From: a virus
Lineage: Duplodnaviria > Caudoviricetes
Strand: one strand, 5' to 3'
DNA: 60,495 nt
IMG/VR virus record: IMGVR_UViG_3300020202_000083
Location: 1 to 60,495 of that record
The notes beneath the pieces were generated by a model. That model made no database searches, had not been told where the DNA came from, and was given only the letters and a program-made list of their open reading frames with translations. This document shows, piece by piece, positions 57,227 through 60,495 of the stretch. Each line of letters begins with the position of its first letter. The stretch's first letter is position 1. Made by a program: the position numbers and the translations under genes.

Positions 57227-57891
57227 GAATCAACATCGCCTGTGGCGGCAACATCTTCCCCGGCTGGGTGAACTCCGACCTCGTGGACATGAACGAAGCT
57301 TATCTCCGGCACCTCCGCGGTCTCGCCGTCGCGCAGATGCACGGATGGCCACCGGGGCAGATCGAACTCTCGCGCGCCATCACGGAAGGTCGTGTGCAGT
57401 TCTTCCAGTGGGACCTGCGCAAGGGCTTTCCGATGTATGCGGACGGCAGTTGCGAGAAGCTGTACCTGGGTCAGGCCTGGGAGCATCTTCACCCGCACCG
57501 TGAAGCGCCGGCACTCGCAAAGGAGTGCTTCCGGCTGCTTGAGCTCGGCGGCGTCATGCGTATCACCACGCCGGACATCAAGAAGATCCTGGGCCTCTAC
57601 AACGACGGCAGGCTCAGCGAGATAGCCCCAGAGCAACCGGCGTTCTTCGCGTCAGCGAGCCCAGAAGCGCAGCTCTCCTACCTGCTCTTCGGGGCATCAG
57701 GCGACGACTGCACCCGCGAGGATTATCACGGCCACTTTCACGTCTGGAGTGAAGCAGATCTGACGGAGCTGCTCGTGTCAGTCGGATTCAGCAGCGTCGA
57801 GCGATGCGACGAGCCGAGCTTGGAATTCAAGTATGCCGGTGTTCAGGACTTTGGGATCTCGCACAGCATGGGAATCGAGGCGGTGAAGTGA
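57223..57891 (+). CDS. Class I SAM-dependent methyltransferase (glycan tailoring candidate)
   Basis: INIACGG...GWVNSD, WDLRKGFP, WEHL...RLLELGGVMRITTPD. Confidence 0.8.
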   Translation: MRINIACGGNIFPGWVNSDLVDMNEAYLRHLRGLAVAQMHGWPPGQIELSRAITEGRVQFFQWDLRKGFPMYADGSCEKLYLGQAWEHLHPHREAPALAKECFRLLELGGVMRITTPDIKKILGLYNDGRLSEIAPEQPAFFASASPEAQLSYLLFGASGDDCTREDYHGHFHVWSEADLTELLVSVGFSSVERCDEPSLEFKYAGVQDFGISHSMGIEAVK

Positions 57892-58991
57892 TTCGCATCG
57901 CGATTGTCGCCACGGGCGCACATGCTCTCCCGTCGCCTAGCTTTACCGGTGACAGCCAGATCATCATCGATCTCTGCATCGCCCTGACTGAGCTCGGACA
58001 CTGGGTCACGCTACTTGCTCCGAAAGGGACGGTGTCACCGCCAGGCGTCAGGCTCTGCGAGGACCTGCCGGTCGGTGCTGGGTTCGAAGAAGCCTGCGCT
58101 GACGTTGGCCAGCTGCTAGCGATGTCTAACACGGTCGACGTCTTCCACGACTTCTCGATCGGCAAGACGGTACACGGGCAGTGTAGCCGGCACGGCTTTC
58201 CAAGCATCAGCACCATCCTCGGCGGCTGCGCCTACAAGCCCCTGCGAAATACCGTCGTGTGGTCCGAAGCCATGCGAGACCGTGTGATGCGCGGAGCGAC
58301 AGACTACGAAGGCACACAATGGCCGGACAAGGGCGGGCAGCAGTGCGAGCCGTTCAAGGACGTGCGTGTCGTTCACGGCGGAGTTGATACGGAATTCTAT
58401 TCGCCGGGCCCACCCGACCAAGTCGGGGATCACTACCTATGGCTTTCACGCTGGAGTCCCGAGAAGGGCCCGCTGGAAGCCGTCGAGCTCGCCAAGGCCA
58501 CCGGCATCGAGCTCGTGATGGCCGGGCTTTCGCCGGAAGCGTTGCCGCCTGCTGAAGGGCGCATTGCGGCGAAGTGTCTGCAGGCTGCTCAGGGTTTTAG
58601 CAACATCAGCTTCCAGTGGCTGGCGCCGGGCGCCGGACATCACGAAGCGAAGCGGGAGCTGCTGCGACAAGCTCGATGCTTCCTTGCGCCTCTGCAGTTT
58701 CAGGAGCCGTTTGGGCTAGGCATGGTGGAAGCCATGGCGTGCGGCACGCCCGTCATCGCCACCAGGATGGGTAGCGCCAGGGAACTCATCGGTGGTGGCT
58801 TGACTCTCGTTGGGATGAAAGAGCAGGCGCTTGAGAATCGTGGGCCCTTCGAGCCACTCGACAAGTGGCGCGCTCAGAAGCGGCGCAAGGCAGCACGCAA
58901 ACGCGCGGTGCGGATGTTCGACCGCAAGGTGATGGCCATGAACTACGTCAGGCTTTACGAAGAAGTGTGTGGAGGCGGCGGATGGGGATGA
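57888..58991 (+). CDS. GT4-family glycosyltransferase
   Basis: VVHGGVD, LSRWSPEKG, EPFGLGMVEAMACGTPVIA. Confidence 0.9.
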   Translation: MIRIAIVATGAHALPSPSFTGDSQIIIDLCIALTELGHWVTLLAPKGTVSPPGVRLCEDLPVGAGFEEACADVGQLLAMSNTVDVFHDFSIGKTVHGQCSRHGFPSISTILGGCAYKPLRNTVVWSEAMRDRVMRGATDYEGTQWPDKGGQQCEPFKDVRVVHGGVDTEFYSPGPPDQVGDHYLWLSRWSPEKGPLEAVELAKATGIELVMAGLSPEALPPAEGRIAAKCLQAAQGFSNISFQWLAPGAGHHEAKRELLRQARCFLAPLQFQEPFGLGMVEAMACGTPVIATRMGSARELIGGGLTLVGMKEQALENRGPFEPLDKWRAQKRRKAARKRAVRMFDRKVMAMNYVRLYEEVCGGGGWG

Positions 58992-59257
58992 AACTTACCT
59001 ACTGCTCCTTTGCTGACGATGAGCGCTGCCGTGGCGTGGTGATCCTGGATGGTTACTTGGATCCGGTGATGGCTGCGCTTCAGGCACGCTTTCTCGGAAT
59101 CAACCCAGGCGGCCAGCTTCTTGTCTTCGAGATCCCGGAGGACTTGGAAGGCATCGACGTTTACTTCGCCAACCGGAACCGCCTGCTGACAGCCGACGAG
59201 GCTCGCACTCTCTTCGATGGGATGACGCTGAGTGAGTGGGAAGGACAGCTCAACTGA
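58988..59257 (+). CDS. Hypothetical protein
   Basis: Coupled ORF; YCSFAD...GINPGG. Confidence 0.5.
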   Translation: MKLTYCSFADDERCRGVVILDGYLDPVMAALQARFLGINPGGQLLVFEIPEDLEGIDVYFANRNRLLTADEARTLFDGMTLSEWEGQLN

Positions 59258-60369
59258 TGCGTTTCTCGCTCTTGTACGGACCCTTCTGCCTCTCGTTCCG
59301 CAAAACGCTCGACCTCGACACCTGGCGCACAGACCCGCGTGGCTTGTCGGGCTCGGAGATGTGCGCCGTCAGGCTTTACCAGGAGCTGCAGGCGCTTGGT
59401 CATGACGTCGAGTTCTTCAGCATCGGCAACGGTTGCTCACCTTGGGAGAAACGCGGCGAGTGGACTGGCGACGTCGCCATCAGCATCAACGTGCCTGACG
59501 ACCTCCGCGGAATGCGTGCCAAGGTGCGAGTCTGCTATGCGCTGTTGAACGATTTCAGCTTCTGTAAGGTCGGCTTCGAGGAGCACGTCGACCTGTTCCT
59601 CTCACCGTCTGCAGCGCACCGCGACCAGTGCCTCAACAATCCCGACTGGCGCAAAGTCGAGGTCACACCGGACCACTCGAACGGCAAGGCGCAGTGGGAC
59701 CCGTCGGGCAAGCCATGGGCGGCCGTCGCGCTTGGTTGCGATCCAGAGCGCTACGACGGCTTCGAAAAGGTCCCGGGGCGCGTCGTCTACGTGAGTTCGC
59801 CTGACCGTGGGCTGCATCTACTGCTGCAAGAGTGGCCAAAGATCCGCAAGGCCGCGCCGCACGCAACCCTCAAGGTGTTCTATCGGGTGCGCGATTGGAT
59901 CAACTCCTGGGCGGGCGTACCGTTCTATCCATCAATTGAGCGTCAGCGCCAGCGCGCCATCTACATCGACGAATGTTTGCGACGTCTCGAGGGCTACGGC
60001 GTCGAGCTCGTGGATGCGGTGAGCCGGGAGCAGCTCGAGCGGGAGTTAGGGCAGGCCGAGGTGCTGGCGTTTCCCTGCGACCCCGTTAACAACTTTACCG
60101 AGGGCTTCAGCGTGGCGACCCTCGAGGGTTGCGCCGCTCGCGCGTGCCCTGTCATCAGCGACGCAGACGCGCTCGGTAGCATCTACCACGAGGCATGTGT
60201 CGTGGTGCCGCGCGGGCGCTGGGACGAGTGGCGAGAGCATGTGATCGATGTGCTGCGCGACGAGAAGCGCCGCGAGCACGTGAACCGGATGGCAGTGGAC
60301 TTTGCCCGGAGGACAACGTGGAGTCACACAACGCAGCGAATCATGAATCTAGTGCAGGAACGCCTGTAA
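59257..60369 (+). CDS. GT4-family glycosyltransferase (SSPDRGL type)
   Basis: GLSGSE, YVSSPDRGL, EGFSVATLEGCAA. Confidence 0.85.
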   Translation: MRFSLLYGPFCLSFRKTLDLDTWRTDPRGLSGSEMCAVRLYQELQALGHDVEFFSIGNGCSPWEKRGEWTGDVAISINVPDDLRGMRAKVRVCYALLNDFSFCKVGFEEHVDLFLSPSAAHRDQCLNNPDWRKVEVTPDHSNGKAQWDPSGKPWAAVALGCDPERYDGFEKVPGRVVYVSSPDRGLHLLLQEWPKIRKAAPHATLKVFYRVRDWINSWAGVPFYPSIERQRQRAIYIDECLRRLEGYGVELVDAVSREQLERELGQAEVLAFPCDPVNNFTEGFSVATLEGCAARACPVISDADALGSIYHEACVVVPRGRWDEWREHVIDVLRDEKRREHVNRMAVDFARRTTWSHTTQRIMNLVQERL

Positions 60370-60495
60370 TCGAAAAGCCGCCCGTGTCGTTCTCGGACGA
60401 TCGAGGCTACATCAAGAACCTGCTGAACCGGCCGTGCGGTGGCGTGCAATTCATCTTCAGTCGAGCAGGCTCTAAACGCAGCTCGCACTGGCACA
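60369..60495. repeat. Terminal direct repeat, copy of 1-127
   Basis: Exact match to the start of the window. Confidence 0.95.

Noticed and set aside
54122-60369. DNA hypermodification as the main reading of the GT cluster
   Set aside because: No thymidylate-synthase-like hydroxymethylase, TET/JBP or phage DNA polymerase recognisable; disfavoured but not excluded
60369-60495. 127-bp terminal repeat as a biological DTR
   Set aside because: Length equals a standard assembler k-mer and it falls mid-gene; most likely assembly overlap

Overview
The window is one complete, circularly assembled phage genome of about 60,368 bp. Bases 60369-60495 repeat bases 1-127 exactly, and a cupin gene with its RBS runs across the join. 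It is GC-rich, temperate and podovirus-like: terminase, portal, scaffold, capsid, head-tail adaptor, nozzle-like protein and three ejection-like proteins, with no tape measure or sheath gene. It has a lambda-like immunity region (cI/cro, mirror-image PL/PR with paired GTAGC-N6-GCTAC operators, ImmA-like protease), a tyrosine integrase carrying its own attP (3' end of a tRNA-Asn-like gene, an Mx8-like arrangement), an O-like initiator plus DnaB, a Cas4-like/Sak4/SSB recombination module and two DNA methyltransferase-like genes. The host is probably a myxobacterium (inference). The most striking accessory content is a ~10.7 kb glycan cassette spanning the junction (54122-60369 plus 1-4495). It has four glycosyltransferase domains including a GT2-TPR-GT4 fusion, a SAM methyltransferase and an apparent pathway to a C-methyl-branched 6-deoxysugar, and is a candidate virion- or protein-glycosylation system. 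Other oddities are a tandem-domain GroES, a cyclic-phosphate receiver/P-loop kinase pair among the structural genes, an antisense island between scaffold and capsid, and several structured non-coding regions. All calls come from motif reading by eye; no searches were run.
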